This document shows positions 50,963 through 62,424 of a DNA stretch of 64,000 nucleotides, one piece after another. The first letter of the stretch is position 1, and every line of letters begins with the position of its first letter. The stretch is from sequence record OR995200.1; one strand, given 5' to 3'. Under the pieces are notes generated by a model. That model made no database searches, was not told where the DNA came from, and saw nothing but the letters and a program-made list of their open reading frames with translations. A program made the position numbers and the translations under genes. The stretch is from Escherichia phage JY01.

Positions 50963-51787
50963 TTAGATATTTGACCAGACTTTGTTTGCAGAGAAACGTT
51001 TTCCTTTTGAAACGAACTGCTGAAGTGGCATTAACACAACGTTCGCCCAGTCTTTCGGGGCGATTTCAACGAGGCTACCCATAATATTACCAGGTATATA
51101 TGCCTTAATCATTTGGTCTGCACCCCTAAATCCTTTCACTTGACTCCAATCAATTTTTAATTTCGTTTTATTAGTAATAGTAGGTGTATTTGAATATTGC
51201 TTTAAAAGCTCTTCTAGAAATTGCTGACGAGCTTTAGGTGGAATATAGTGCAAGTTCAATCCGTACATTAAATTATGTTTACCTAAACCAAGGTAAATTA
51301 TCAAAGGAAATTTATCCCAATAAGGAAGAGTTTCCTTGTGTTTAGCATCATAAGCAAAAGCATATATTCGTCCCGGCTGCGGGCGAACAACTTTATGTCC
51401 TTTTACTTGCTTAATAGTTTCGGCAAACCATTTTCTGGTTTTATTATTAATTGCTGCACCTTCATTACGAATTTTATCGCGCAATGTTTGTCTGAATGAA
51501 TTTATCATAAGCAGTTGTCTTTCTTGCTTATTGAGCTTATTCATTGGTTTTGATTCAAGCTTTTGAATCTTTTCAGCCGTTTTAATTCCTGAAGCATATT
51601 TTGACATTGCCGAAGTAAACGTAGAGTATTTGATTCCTCTTTCTTCAGCAAATTGCTTTCCTGTCATTCCTTTTGCTTTGGCCTTTTTATATTCAAGACC
51701 TATTTGAATCCATTTCTTTTCGTTTAATGATTGCTTAACCTTTGGAACTTGGGGAGTGCTTTCATTAATTATTTGAAAAATAGCCAT
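50963..51787 (-). CDS. 2: DNA end protector protein
   Basis: 274 aa, matches T4 gp2 length and position. Confidence 0.8.
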   Translation of the reverse strand: MAIFQIINESTPQVPKVKQSLNEKKWIQIGLEYKKAKAKGMTGKQFAEERGIKYSTFTSAMSKYASGIKTAEKIQKLESKPMNKLNKQERQLLMINSFRQTLRDKIRNEGAAINNKTRKWFAETIKQVKGHKVVRPQPGRIYAFAYDAKHKETLPYWDKFPLIIYLGLGKHNLMYGLNLHYIPPKARQQFLEELLKQYSNTPTITNKTKLKIDWSQVKGFRGADQMIKAYIPGNIMGSLVEIAPKDWANVVLMPLQQFVSKGKRFSANKVWSNI

Positions 51788-52239
51788 TATGCCCCCTTAA
51801 AGCCAAGAGCTCGTAATCCATCTTCTGTTAGAATTCTAAATTTTATTCCACGCTTTTCAGCTAAAGCTTGCGCTGCTTTCCATTTGTCGGTATTAACAGA
51901 ATATGTATAAATTTCATTCATAAATCTTTTCTTCGCTGCGGTTGTTAGATGTGCTGGTTTAACTGGTGGTTGTGTTTCTTTTTTAGGTTTTATTTCAATA
52001 AAAAATTCTTGTCCAGAAGAATCTTTCATCCAAATATCCATGAAGTATCTACGTTTTTTCCCTTCGGCATTACAAAAATAAGGAATTACTGCTGTTTCAC
52101 TACCCCATGCAATAATTTCTGGATTTTTATCTAACCATTCAAAAAAGAATTTTTCCCAATTTGATCTATACGTAATTTTTTTAGGGTCACCTCTATACTT
52201 TGATATATTTTTAGGAACCCATTTTCCAGAATATGCCAT
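51787..52239 (-). CDS. 4: Head completion protein
   Basis: 150 aa, position adjacent to gene 53. Confidence 0.8.
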   Translation of the reverse strand: MAYSGKWVPKNISKYRGDPKKITYRSNWEKFFFEWLDKNPEIIAWGSETAVIPYFCNAEGKKRRYFMDIWMKDSSGQEFFIEIKPKKETQPPVKPAHLTTAAKKRFMNEIYTYSVNTDKWKAAQALAEKRGIKFRILTEDGLRALGFKGA

Positions 52240-52250
52240 TGGATTCTCCT

Positions 52251-52258
52251 TATAAATA
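52251..52258 (+). promoter_or_regulatory. Late promoter (TATAAATA) for gene 53
   Basis: TATAAATA about 29 nt upstream of gene 53 ATG; divergent from the gene 4 promoter. Confidence 0.55.
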
Positions 52259-52266
52259 GATAATAT

Positions 52267-52274
52267 ATTTATAA
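52267..52274 (-). promoter_or_regulatory. Late promoter (TATAAATA) for gene 4
   Basis: RC TATAAATA about 28 nt upstream of gene 4 ATG. Confidence 0.5.
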
Positions 52275-52286
52275 ACAGGAGGGCCC

Positions 52287-52877
52287 ATGCTCTTTACATT
52301 TTTTGATCCGATTGAATATGCGGCCAAAACGGTGAATAAAAACGCGCCGACTATTCCTATGACAGATATTTTTAGAAACTATAAAGACTATTTTAAACGC
52401 GCTCTTGCGGGATACCGCTTACGTACTTATTATATCAAAGGTTCACCACGTCCGGAAGAATTAGCAAATACTATATATGGAAATCCACAGCTGTATTGGG
52501 TTTTATTGATGTGTAATGATAATTATGATCCATATTATGGATGGATTACTTCACAAGAAGCTGCTTATCAAGCATCTATACAAAAATACAAAAATGTGGG
52601 TGGAGACCAAATAGTATATCATGTGAATGAGAACGGTGAAAAATTTTATAATTTAATATCATACGATGATAATCCATATGTTTGGTATGATAAAGGCGAT
52701 AAAGCTAGAAAATATCCTCAATATGAAGGAGCACTTGCTGCGGTCGATACGTATGAAGCGGTTGTTCTTGAAAATGAAAAACTTCGTCAAATAAAAATAA
52801 TAGCAAAATCAGACATTAATTCATTTATGAACGACCTTATACGTATAATGGAGAAATCTTATGGAAATGATAAGTAA
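52287..52877 (+). CDS. 53: Baseplate wedge protein
   Basis: 196 aa, first plus-strand late gene, precedes gene 5. Confidence 0.85.
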   Translation: MLFTFFDPIEYAAKTVNKNAPTIPMTDIFRNYKDYFKRALAGYRLRTYYIKGSPRPEELANTIYGNPQLYWVLLMCNDNYDPYYGWITSQEAAYQASIQKYKNVGGDQIVYHVNENGEKFYNLISYDDNPYVWYDKGDKARKYPQYEGALAAVDTYEAVVLENEKLRQIKIIAKSDINSFMNDLIRIMEKSYGNDK

Positions 52878-54588
52878 TAACCTTAATTGGTTTGTTGGTG
52901 TTGTTGAAGATAGAATGGACCCATTAAAATTAGGTCGTGTTCGTGTTCGTGTTGTTGGTCTGCATCCACCTCAAAGAGCACAAGGTGATGTAATGGGTAT
53001 TCCAACTGAAAAATTACCATGGATGTCAGTTATTCAACCTATAACTTCTGCAGCAATGTCTGGAATTGGAGGCTCCGTTACTGGACCGGTAGAAGGAACT
53101 AGAGTTTATGGTCATTTTTTAGACAAATGGAAAACTAACGGAATTGTCCTTGGTACATATGGCGGAATAGTTCGCGAAAAACCTAATAGACTTGAAGGAT
53201 TTTCTGACCCAACTGGACAGTATCCTAGACGTCTAGGAAATGATACTAACGTATTAAACCAAGGCGGAGAAGTAGGATATGATTCGTCTTCTAATATTAT
53301 CCAAGATAGCAATCTAGACACTGCGATAAATCCTGATGATAGACCATTATCAGAAATTCCAACTGATGATAATCCAAATATGTCAATGGCTGAAATGCTT
53401 CGCCGCGATGAAGGATTAAGACTAAAAGTTTATTGGGATACCGAAGGATATCCGACAATTGGTATTGGTCATCTTATCATGAAGCAGCCAGTTCGTGATA
53501 TGGCCCAAATTAATAAAGTTTTATCAAAACAGGTTGGTCGTGAAATTACCGGAAATCCAGGTTCTATTACAATGGAAGAAGCGGTAACTTTATTTGAACG
53601 TGATTTAGCTGATATGCAACGTGACATTAAATCACATTCTAAAGTTGGCCCAGTTTGGCAAGCAGTTAATCGTTCTCGTCAAATGGCATTAGAAAATATG
53701 GCATTTCAGATGGGTGTTGGCGGTGTAGCTAAATTTAACACAATGTTAACTGCTATGTTAGCAGGAGATTGGGAAAAAGCATATAAAGCCGGTCGTGATT
53801 CATTGTGGTATCAACAAACAAAAGGCCGTGCATCCCGTGTTACCATGATTATTCTTACGGGGAATTTGGAATCATATGGTGTTGAAGTGAAAACTCCAGC
53901 TAGGTCTTTATCGGCAATGGCTGCTACTGTAGCAAAGTCTTCTGACCCGGCTGACCCTCCTATTCCAAATGACTCGAGAATTTTATTCAAAGAACCAGTT
54001 TCTTCATATAAAGGTGAATATCCTTATGTACATACAATGGAAACTGAAAGCGGTCATATTCAGGAATTTGATGATACCCCTGGGCAAGAACGATATAGAT
54101 TAGTTCATCCAACTGGAACTTATGAAGAAGTATCACCGTCAGGAAGAAGAACAAGAAAAACTGTCGATAATTTGTATGATATAACCAACGCTGATGGTAA
54201 TTTTTTGGTAGCCGGCGATAAAAAGACTAACGTCGGTGGATCAGAAATTTATTACAACATGGATAATCGTCTTCACCAAATAGATGGAAGCAATACAATA
54301 TTTGTACGTGGCGATGAAACTAAGACGGTTGAAGGTAATGGAACTATCCTAGTTAAAGGTAATGTTACTATTGTAGTTGAAGGTAATGCTGACATTACAG
54401 TTAAAGGAGATGCTACCACTTTAGTTGAAGGAAATCAGACTAATACAGTAAATGGAAATCTTTCTTGGAAAGTTGCTGGGACAGTTGATTGGGACGTTGG
54501 TGGTGATTGGACAGAAAAAATGGCATCTATGAGTTCTATTTCATCTGGTCAATACACAATTGATGGATCGAGGATTGACATTGGCTAA
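52861..54588 (+). CDS. 5: Baseplate central spike with lysozyme domain
   Basis: 575 aa; internal lysozyme domain MAEMLRRDEGLRLKVYWDTEGYPTIGIGHLI paralogous to gene e; C-terminal VEGN-type beta-helix repeats. Confidence 0.95.
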   Translation: MEMISNNLNWFVGVVEDRMDPLKLGRVRVRVVGLHPPQRAQGDVMGIPTEKLPWMSVIQPITSAAMSGIGGSVTGPVEGTRVYGHFLDKWKTNGIVLGTYGGIVREKPNRLEGFSDPTGQYPRRLGNDTNVLNQGGEVGYDSSSNIIQDSNLDTAINPDDRPLSEIPTDDNPNMSMAEMLRRDEGLRLKVYWDTEGYPTIGIGHLIMKQPVRDMAQINKVLSKQVGREITGNPGSITMEEAVTLFERDLADMQRDIKSHSKVGPVWQAVNRSRQMALENMAFQMGVGGVAKFNTMLTAMLAGDWEKAYKAGRDSLWYQQTKGRASRVTMIILTGNLESYGVEVKTPARSLSAMAATVAKSSDPADPPIPNDSRILFKEPVSSYKGEYPYVHTMETESGHIQEFDDTPGQERYRLVHPTGTYEEVSPSGRRTRKTVDNLYDITNADGNFLVAGDKKTNVGGSEIYYNMDNRLHQIDGSNTIFVRGDETKTVEGNGTILVKGNVTIVVEGNADITVKGDATTLVEGNQTNTVNGNLSWKVAGTVDWDVGGDWTEKMASMSSISSGQYTIDGSRIDIG

Positions 54589-54622
54589 TATACTTCCAAT
54601 GAGCGCTGATTTAGGAGAATCC

Positions 54623-55117
54623 ATGGAAGGTTCTTCTATCGACGTCACCTTTACCGCTCAATTAGAAACAGGTGAAACGTTAGTATCTATAAATATAACT
54701 AGTTACGAAGAAACTCCTGGGGTTTTAGTAGAAGAAAATCGTTTATATGGAACGTATGAATCTGTATTTGGATTTGGAAATGATGCGTTGAAATATCGTT
54801 TAGATAATGAATTTAAAACCGCTGCTTCATGGGAAGACCTTCCAACTGATTCTAATACTCAGTTATATTTATGGAAAGCTCCTCAAAACCTCCAGAAGAC
54901 ATTCACTTACGAAGTAACATTAATATATGACTATCAAGAACAAAGTGAATCTGGAGGTTCTGGCAGTAATTCTAGGTCATCTTCTGATACTACTGAACCG
55001 ACAGATCCTCCTGCTCCAGTAAGAAAAACTCTCGTTAAAAATTATACTAAAACTATAGTTGGAAATTGGAGTCGTTGGGCTAATAAGCTGAGAAGCTATG
55101 TGTATGAGAGGCCATAA
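54623..55117 (+). CDS. Hypothetical late protein (5.1 position)
   Basis: Start set at ATG with AGGAG upstream; Ser/Gly-rich segment. Confidence 0.5.
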
Positions 55118-55411
55118 ATGTCAGGATTAAGTTATGATAAGTGTGTTACTGCTGGCCATGAAGCGTGGCCTCCAACAGTTGTGAATGCTACACAAAGTAA
55201 AGTATTCACTGGAGGAATTGCTGTTCTAGTAGCAGGCGATCCAATTACAGAACATACAGAAATTAAAAAGCCATATGAAACACATGGCGGAGTGACACAA
55301 CCTAGAACTTCTAAGGTATATGTCACTGGAAAGAAAGCTGTTCAAATGGCTGATCCAATATCATGCGGTGATACTGTGGCTCAGGCATCATCTAAAGTAT
55401 TCATTAAATAG
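55118..55411 (+). CDS. 5.4: PAAR-repeat spike tip protein
   Basis: 97 aa, matches T4 gp5.4 length and position. Confidence 0.8.
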
Positions 55412-55419
55412 GATTTAAA

Positions 55420-57402
55420 ATGGCAAATACCCCTGTAAATTATCAATTAACAAGAACAGCAAATGCTATTCCCGAGATATTCGTCGGGGGTACATTTGCT
55501 GAAATAAAACAAAACCTCATTGAATGGCTTAATGGCCAAAATGAATTTTTGGATTATGATTTTGAAGGCTCAAGATTAAACGTTCTATGTGACCTTTTGG
55601 CTTATAATACATTATACATTCAGCAGTTTGGTAATGCTGCCGTGTATGAAAGCTTTATGCGTACTGCTAACTTACGTAGTTCAGTAGTTCAAGCTGCACA
55701 AGATAATGGATATTTACCTACTTCAAAATCAGCTGCTCAAACTGAAATTATGCTAACTTGTACAGACGCATTGAATAGGAATTACATCACAATTCCTCGC
55801 GGTACTCGCTTTTTAGCATATGCAAAGGATACTTCTGTTAATCCTTATAACTTTGTATCTACCGAAGATGTTATTGCTATTCGTGATAAAAATAACCAGT
55901 ATTTTCCACGTTTAAAATTAGCCCAAGGACGTATAGTAAGAACTGAAATCATTTATGATAAATTAACACCTATTATCATTTATGACAAAAACATAGATAG
56001 AAACCAAGTTAAACTATACGTTGATGGAGCAGAATGGATTAACTGGACAAGAAAGTCAATGGTTCATGCTGGTTCTACATCAACAATTTACTACATGCGT
56101 GAAACTATTGATGGAAATACTGAATTTTATTTTGGTGAAGGTGAGATTTCCGTTAATGCGGCAGAAGGAGCATTGACTGCTAATTATATTGGAGGTCTTA
56201 AACCTACCCAGAATTCTACGATTGTTATTGAGTACATCAGTACTAACGGTGCAGATGCGAATGGTGCAGTCGGATTTTCATACGCAGATACATTAACAAA
56301 TATAACTGTCATCAATATTAACGAAAATCCAAATGATGACCCAGATTTTGTCGGAGCAGATGGCGGCGGTGATCCAGAAGATATTGAGCGTATTCGCGAA
56401 TTAGGTACTATTAAACGCGAAACCCAGCAACGCTGCGTAACCGCAACTGATTATGATACATTTGTCTCAGAAAGATTTGGTTCTATTATTCAAGCTGTTC
56501 AGACTTTCACTGATTCTACTAAACCTGGGTATGCATTTATTGCTGCTAAACCTAAATCAGGATTGTATTTAACTACTGTACAGCGTGAAGATATTAAAAA
56601 TTATCTCAAAGATTATAATTTAGCGCCTATTACACCGTCAATTATTTCTCCTAATTATCTTTTTATTAAGACTAATTTAAAAGTCACATATGCTTTAAAT
56701 AAACTACAAGAATCCGAACAGTGGCTTGAAGGTCAAATAATTGATAAAATTGATCGTTATTATACAGAAGATGTAGAAATTTTTAACTCATCTTTTGCCA
56801 AGTCTAAGATGTTAACTTACGTAGATGATGCAGATCATTCTATCATTGGTTCATCAGCAACTATTCAAATTGTTCGTGAAGTACAAAACTTCTATAAAAC
56901 GCCTGAAGCAGGTATTAAATACAATAATCAAATAAAAGATCGTTCTATGGAATCTAATACGTTTTCATTTAATTCTGGACGAAAGGTTGTAAATCCTGAT
57001 ACTGGTTTAGAAGAAGATGTATTATATGACGTTCGTATAGTATCAACAGACCGAGATTCTAAAGGAATTGGTAAAGTTATTATTGGTCCATTTGCTTCTG
57101 GCGATGTTACAGAAAATGAAAACATTCAGCCGTATACAGGCAACGATTTTAACAAATTAATAAACTCCACCGGACGTGACAAATACTATGTTATCGGTGA
57201 AATAAATTATCCAGCCGATACAATTTATTGGAATATCGCTAAAATTAATTTAACATCTGAAAAATTTGAAGTTCAGACTATTGAATTATATTCTGACCCA
57301 ACCGATGATGTTATCTTTACTCGCGATGGTTCACTGATTGTATTTGAAAATGACTTACGTCCACAATACTTAACTATCGATTTGGAGCCTATATCACAAT
57401 GA
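55420..57402 (+). CDS. 6: Baseplate wedge protein
   Basis: 660 aa, matches T4 gp6 length and order. Confidence 0.9.
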   Translation: MANTPVNYQLTRTANAIPEIFVGGTFAEIKQNLIEWLNGQNEFLDYDFEGSRLNVLCDLLAYNTLYIQQFGNAAVYESFMRTANLRSSVVQAAQDNGYLPTSKSAAQTEIMLTCTDALNRNYITIPRGTRFLAYAKDTSVNPYNFVSTEDVIAIRDKNNQYFPRLKLAQGRIVRTEIIYDKLTPIIIYDKNIDRNQVKLYVDGAEWINWTRKSMVHAGSTSTIYYMRETIDGNTEFYFGEGEISVNAAEGALTANYIGGLKPTQNSTIVIEYISTNGADANGAVGFSYADTLTNITVININENPNDDPDFVGADGGGDPEDIERIRELGTIKRETQQRCVTATDYDTFVSERFGSIIQAVQTFTDSTKPGYAFIAAKPKSGLYLTTVQREDIKNYLKDYNLAPITPSIISPNYLFIKTNLKVTYALNKLQESEQWLEGQIIDKIDRYYTEDVEIFNSSFAKSKMLTYVDDADHSIIGSSATIQIVREVQNFYKTPEAGIKYNNQIKDRSMESNTFSFNSGRKVVNPDTGLEEDVLYDVRIVSTDRDSKGIGKVIIGPFASGDVTENENIQPYTGNDFNKLINSTGRDKYYVIGEINYPADTIYWNIAKINLTSEKFEVQTIELYSDPTDDVIFTRDGSLIVFENDLRPQYLTIDLEPISQ

Positions 57403-60400
57403 CAGTAAAAGCGCCTTCAGTCACTAGTCTCAGAATTTCCAAGTTATCCGCTAATCAGGTGCAAGTACGCTGGGATGACGTTGGTGCTAATTTCTACTAC
57501 TTTGTAGAAATCGCTGAGACAAAATCAAACTCGGGAGAAAATCTCCCGAGTAATCAATATCGTTGGATTAATTTAGGATATACAGCAAATAATAGTTTCT
57601 TTTTTGATGATGCTGATCCACTGACATCATATGTTATTAGAGTAGCTACAGCTGCGCAAGATTTTGAGCAGTCTGATTGGATTTATACAGAAGAGTTTGA
57701 AACTTTTGCTACGAATGCTTACACATTTCAAAATATGATTGAAATGCAATTAGCTAATAAATTCATTCAGGAAAAGTTCACTCTTAATAATTCTAATTAT
57801 GTCAATTTCAATAATGACACAATAATGGCTGCGTTGATGAATGAATCATTTCAGTTCAGCCCATCGTATGCTGATGTCTCATCAATCAGTAATTTTATTA
57901 TTGGTGAAAACGAGTATCATGAAATACAAGGTTCTATTCAGCAAGTATGTAAGGATATTAACCGAGCTTATTTGATGGAATCAGAAGGGATTCTATATCT
58001 TTTTGAGCGTTATCAACCCGTAGTTAAAGTATCCAATGATAAAGGACAAACCTGGAAAGCTGTAAAGCTCTTCAATGACCGTGTAGGATATCCTTTATCT
58101 AAGACTGTATATTACCAATCTGCAAACACAACATACGTTCTAGGATACGATAAGATTTTCTATGGCCGTAAATCGACTGACGTTAGATGGTCAGCAGATG
58201 ATGTCAGATTCAGTTCACAGGATATAACATTTGCTAAATTAGGAGACCAACTTCATTTAGGATTCGATGTTGAAATCTTCGCTACTTATGCGACTTTACC
58301 AGCGAATGTATACCGTATAGCTGAAGCCATTACTTGTACGGATGATTATATCTATGTTGTTGCCAGAGATAAAGTTAGATATATAAAAACGAGTAATGCA
58401 CCTATAGATTCTGACCCGTTATCACCAACATACTCGGAAAGACTTTTTGAACCTGATACAATGACTATAACTGGAAATCCTAAAGCTGTATGCTATAAAA
58501 TGGATTCTATTGGTGATAAAGTTTTTGCTCTTATTATTGGTGAAGTTGAAACATTAAATGCTAATCCTAGAACATCAAAAATAATTGATTCCGCTGATAA
58601 AGGAATATATGTTTTAAATCATGATGAAAAAACATGGAAAAGAGTTTTTGGTAATACCGAAGAAGAAAGAAGACGTATTCAACCCGGATATGCGAATATG
58701 TCAACTGATGGTAAATTAGTTTCTCTGTCTTCGAGTAATTTTAAATTTTTAAGTGATAACGTTGTTAATGACCCTGAAACTGCTGTAAAATACCAGTTAA
58801 TCGGTGCTGTTAAATATGAATTTCCTCGCGAATGGTTAGCTGATAAACATTATCATATGATGGCGTTTATAGCGGATGAAAAATCTGATTGGGAGACTTT
58901 TACTCCTCAACCGATGAAATACTACGCAGAACCGTTCTTTAATTGGTCTAAAAAATCTAACACTCGATGTTGGATAAACAACTCTGATAAAGCTGTTGTA
59001 GTTTATGCAGATTTGAAATACACCAAAGTTATTGAAAATATTCCAGAAACGTCACCAGATAGATTAGTGCATGAATACTGGGATGATGGCGATTGCACTA
59101 TAGTAATGCCAAATGTTAAATTCACCGGATTTAAAAAATACGCATCAGGAATGCTTTTCTACAAATCTTCTGGCGAAATAATTTCTTATTATGATTTTAA
59201 CTATCGTGTGAGAGATACAGTAGAAATTATTTGGAAGCCAACTGAAGTATTTTTAAAAGCATTTTTACAAAACCAAGAGCGCGAAACTCCTTGGTCACCA
59301 GAAGAAGAACGTGGATTAGCTGACCCTGATTTAAGACCATTGATTGGCACAATGATGCCTGATTCTTATTTGTTACAAGATTCTAATTTTGAGGCATTTT
59401 GTGAAGCATATATTCAATATCTTTCTGACGGATATGGAACTCAGTATAACAATTTACGAAATTTAATTCGTAACCAATATCCACGAGAAGAGCATGCGTG
59501 GGAATATTTATGGTCAGAAATATATAAAAGAAACATTTATTTAAATGCTGACAAACGCGATGCTGTTGCAAGATTTTTTGAATCACGTAGCTATGATTTT
59601 TATTCTACTAAAGGAATTGAAGCATCATATAAATTTCTTTTTAAAGTTCTTTATAATGAAGAAGTTGAAATTGAAATTGAATCGGGAGCAGGTACTGAAT
59701 ATGATGTAATCATTCAATCTGATTCTCTTACAGAAGATTTAGTAGGACAAACTATCTATACTGCAACCGGAAGATGTAATGTTACTTATATAGAAAGAAG
59801 TTATTCTAATGGTAAATTGCAATGGACCGTGACTATACATAATCTTTTGGGGCGGTTAATAGCAGGACAAGAAGTTAAAGCAGAAAGACTTCCGGGCTTT
59901 GAAGGCGAAATTATTCGTGGGGTTAAAGGAAAAGATTTGCTTCAAAATAATATAGACTATATTAATAGAAGTAGATCATATTATGTAATGAAAATTAAAT
60001 CCAATTTACCTTCTTCTCGTTGGAAATCTGACGTTATTCGTTTTGTTCATCCAGTAGGATTTGGATTTATAGCAATTACCCTTTTAACGATGTTTATTAA
60101 TGTTGGTTTAACTCTTAAACACACAGAGACTATAATTAATAAATACAAAAACTATAAATGGGATTCTGGATTGCCTACTGAATATGCTGATAGAGTAGCT
60201 AAATTGACTCCAACTGGTGAAATTGAGCATGATTCGGTAACAGGCGAAGCAATTTATGAGCCTGGCCCAATGGCTGGTGTAGAATATCCTCTTCCTGATG
60301 ACTATAATGCTGAAAATAACAATTCAATATTTCAAGGTCAATTGCCGTCTGAACGACGTAAATTAATGAGTCCTTTATTTGATGCATCTGGAACAACATT

Positions 60401-60497
60401 TGCGCAATTTAGAGATTTAGTTAATAAACGTCTAAAAGATAATATAGGAAATCCAAGAGACCCTGAAAATCCAACACAGGTTAAAATAGATGAATGA
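57399..60497 (+). CDS. 7: Baseplate wedge protein
   Basis: 1032 aa, matches T4 gp7 length and order. Confidence 0.9.
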   Translation: MTVKAPSVTSLRISKLSANQVQVRWDDVGANFYYFVEIAETKSNSGENLPSNQYRWINLGYTANNSFFFDDADPLTSYVIRVATAAQDFEQSDWIYTEEFETFATNAYTFQNMIEMQLANKFIQEKFTLNNSNYVNFNNDTIMAALMNESFQFSPSYADVSSISNFIIGENEYHEIQGSIQQVCKDINRAYLMESEGILYLFERYQPVVKVSNDKGQTWKAVKLFNDRVGYPLSKTVYYQSANTTYVLGYDKIFYGRKSTDVRWSADDVRFSSQDITFAKLGDQLHLGFDVEIFATYATLPANVYRIAEAITCTDDYIYVVARDKVRYIKTSNAPIDSDPLSPTYSERLFEPDTMTITGNPKAVCYKMDSIGDKVFALIIGEVETLNANPRTSKIIDSADKGIYVLNHDEKTWKRVFGNTEEERRRIQPGYANMSTDGKLVSLSSSNFKFLSDNVVNDPETAVKYQLIGAVKYEFPREWLADKHYHMMAFIADEKSDWETFTPQPMKYYAEPFFNWSKKSNTRCWINNSDKAVVVYADLKYTKVIENIPETSPDRLVHEYWDDGDCTIVMPNVKFTGFKKYASGMLFYKSSGEIISYYDFNYRVRDTVEIIWKPTEVFLKAFLQNQERETPWSPEEERGLADPDLRPLIGTMMPDSYLLQDSNFEAFCEAYIQYLSDGYGTQYNNLRNLIRNQYPREEHAWEYLWSEIYKRNIYLNADKRDAVARFFESRSYDFYSTKGIEASYKFLFKVLYNEEVEIEIESGAGTEYDVIIQSDSLTEDLVGQTIYTATGRCNVTYIERSYSNGKLQWTVTIHNLLGRLIAGQEVKAERLPGFEGEIIRGVKGKDLLQNNIDYINRSRSYYVMKIKSNLPSSRWKSDVIRFVHPVGFGFIAITLLTMFINVGLTLKHTETIINKYKNYKWDSGLPTEYADRVAKLTPTGEIEHDSVTGEAIYEPGPMAGVEYPLPDDYNAENNNSIFQGQLPSERRKLMSPLFDASGTTFAQFRDLVNKRLKDNIGNPRDPENPTQVKIDE

Positions 60498-61494
60498 TTC
60501 AAGTGTTATCTATCGTGCGATAGTTACTTCAAAATTTAGAACAGAAAAAATGTTGAATTTTTATAATTCAATTGGAAGTGGTCCGGATAAAAACACTATC
60601 TTTATCACATTTGGAAGATCAGAACCGTGGTCATCAAATGAAAATGAGGTGGGCTTTGCCCCACCTTATCCTACCGATTCTGTATTAGGTGTAACTGACA
60701 TGTGGACGCATATGATGGGAACAGTAAAAGTTCTTCCATCAATGCTTGATGCAGTTATTCCTCGTCGAGATTGGGGAGATACTAGATATCCGGATCCATA
60801 CACATTTAGAATTAATGATATTGTAGTGTGTAACTCAGCTCCTTACAATGCTACTGAATCAGGCGCAGGCTGGTTAGTATATCGTTGTTTAGATGTTCCT
60901 GATACTGGAATGTGTTCAATCGCATCTTTAACTGATAAGGATGAATGCCTCAAATTAGGTGGAAAATGGACTCCTTCTGCTAGGTCAATGACTCCTCCTG
61001 AAGGCCGAGGAGATGCTGAAGGAACAATTGAACCTGGCGATGGATATGTATGGGAATATCTTTTTGAGATTCCGCCTGATGTATCTATAAATAGATGCAC
61101 GAATGAGTATATTGTAGTTCCTTGGCCTGAGGAATTAAAAGAAGACCCGGCTAGATGGGGGTATGAAGATAATCTCACTTGGCAGCAAGATGATTTTGGG
61201 TTAATTTATCGTGTTAAAGCTAATACAATTCGTTTTAAAGCATATTTAGATTCAGTTTATTTTCCTGAAGCTGCATTGCCGGGAAATAAAGGATTTAGAC
61301 AAATATCGATAATTACAAATCCTCTTGAAGCTAAAGTTCATCCAAATGATCCAAACGTTAAAGCTGAAAAGGATTATTATGATCCTGAAGATTTAATGAG
61401 GCATTCGGGTGAAATGATTTATATGGAAAATAGGCCACCTATTATTATGGCAATGGATCAGACAGAAGAAATCAATATTCTGTTTACATTTTAA
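60490..61494 (+). CDS. 8: Baseplate wedge protein
   Basis: 334 aa, matches T4 gp8. Confidence 0.9.
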   Translation: MNDSSVIYRAIVTSKFRTEKMLNFYNSIGSGPDKNTIFITFGRSEPWSSNENEVGFAPPYPTDSVLGVTDMWTHMMGTVKVLPSMLDAVIPRRDWGDTRYPDPYTFRINDIVVCNSAPYNATESGAGWLVYRCLDVPDTGMCSIASLTDKDECLKLGGKWTPSARSMTPPEGRGDAEGTIEPGDGYVWEYLFEIPPDVSINRCTNEYIVVPWPEELKEDPARWGYEDNLTWQQDDFGLIYRVKANTIRFKAYLDSVYFPEAALPGNKGFRQISIITNPLEAKVHPNDPNVKAEKDYYDPEDLMRHSGEMIYMENRPPIIMAMDQTEEINILFTF

Positions 61495-61499
61495 ATTAA

Positions 61500-61522
61500 G
61501 GGAGCCCATGGGCTCCCTTTTT
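61500..61522 (+). terminator. Rho-independent terminator after gene 8
   Basis: GGGAGCC-CATG-GGCTCCC hairpin followed by TTTTT. Confidence 0.65.
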
Positions 61523-61525
61523 CTT

Positions 61526-61533
61526 TATAAATA
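61526..61533 (+). promoter_or_regulatory. Late promoter (TATAAATA) for gene 9
   Basis: TATAAATA about 25 nt upstream of gene 9 ATG, just after terminator hairpin. Confidence 0.6.
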
Positions 61534-61557
61534 CTATAAACTCATAAGGAAACCGCT

Positions 61558-62424
61558 ATGTTCATTCAAGAACCAAAGAAATTGATTGATACCGGCGAAA
61601 TTGGTAACGCTTCTACTGGTGATATCTTATTCGACGGTGGTAATAAAATTAATAGTGATTTTAACGCAATTTATAATGCGTTTGGCGATCAACGTAAAAT
61701 GGCAGTAGCAAATGGCACCGGAGCAGATGGTCAAATTATCCATGCTACTGGGTATTATCAAAAACACTCTATTGCAGAGTATGCAACTCCAGTAAAAGTT
61801 GGCACTAGACATGATATTGATACTTCTACCGTAGGTGTTAAAGTTATCATTGAAAGAGGCGAACTTGGCGACTGCGTTGAATTTATTAACTCGAATGGAT
61901 CAATATCAGTTACTAATCCTTTAACGATTCAAGCTATTGATTCAATTAAAGGCGTTTCAGGTAATTTAGTAGTAACTAGTCCATATAGTAAAGTTACTTT
62001 ACGTTGTATTTCATCTGATAATTCTACGTCGGTTTGGAATTATTCTATTGAAAGTATGTTTGGGCAAAAGGAATCACCAGCTGAAGGTACATGGAATATT
62101 TCTACATCTGGATCAGTTGACATTCCACTATTTCATCGCACTGAATACAATATGGCTAAATTGCTAGTTACGTGCCAATCAGTAGATGGAAGAAAAATTA
62201 AAACAGCAGAAATAAATATTCTTGTGGATACTGTTAATTCAGAGGTCATTTCTTCTGAATATGCTGTCATGCGAGTTGGGAATGAAACCGAAGAAGACGA
62301 AATCGCTAATATTGCATTTAGTATTAAAGAAAATTACGTAACGGCGACTATAAGTTCTTCAACTGTCGGTATGAGAGCAGCAGTTAAAGTTATCGCTACG
62401 CAGAAAATCGGGGTGGCTCAATAA
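61558..62424 (+). CDS. 9: Baseplate wedge/tail fiber socket protein
   Basis: 288 aa, matches T4 gp9; late promoter upstream. Confidence 0.9.
   Translation: MFIQEPKKLIDTGEIGNASTGDILFDGGNKINSDFNAIYNAFGDQRKMAVANGTGADGQIIHATGYYQKHSIAEYATPVKVGTRHDIDTSTVGVKVIIERGELGDCVEFINSNGSISVTNPLTIQAIDSIKGVSGNLVVTSPYSKVTLRCISSDNSTSVWNYSIESMFGQKESPAEGTWNISTSGSVDIPLFHRTEYNMAKLLVTCQSVDGRKIKTAEINILVDTVNSEVISSEYAVMRVGNETEEDEIANIAFSIKENYVTATISSSTVGMRAAVKVIATQKIGVAQ

Noticed and set aside
53112-53321. Minus-strand 69 aa ORF inside gene 5
   Set aside because: Antisense to a well-supported late gene.
60843-61178. Minus-strand 111 aa ORF inside gene 8
   Set aside because: Antisense to gene 8; no promoter or RBS evidence.
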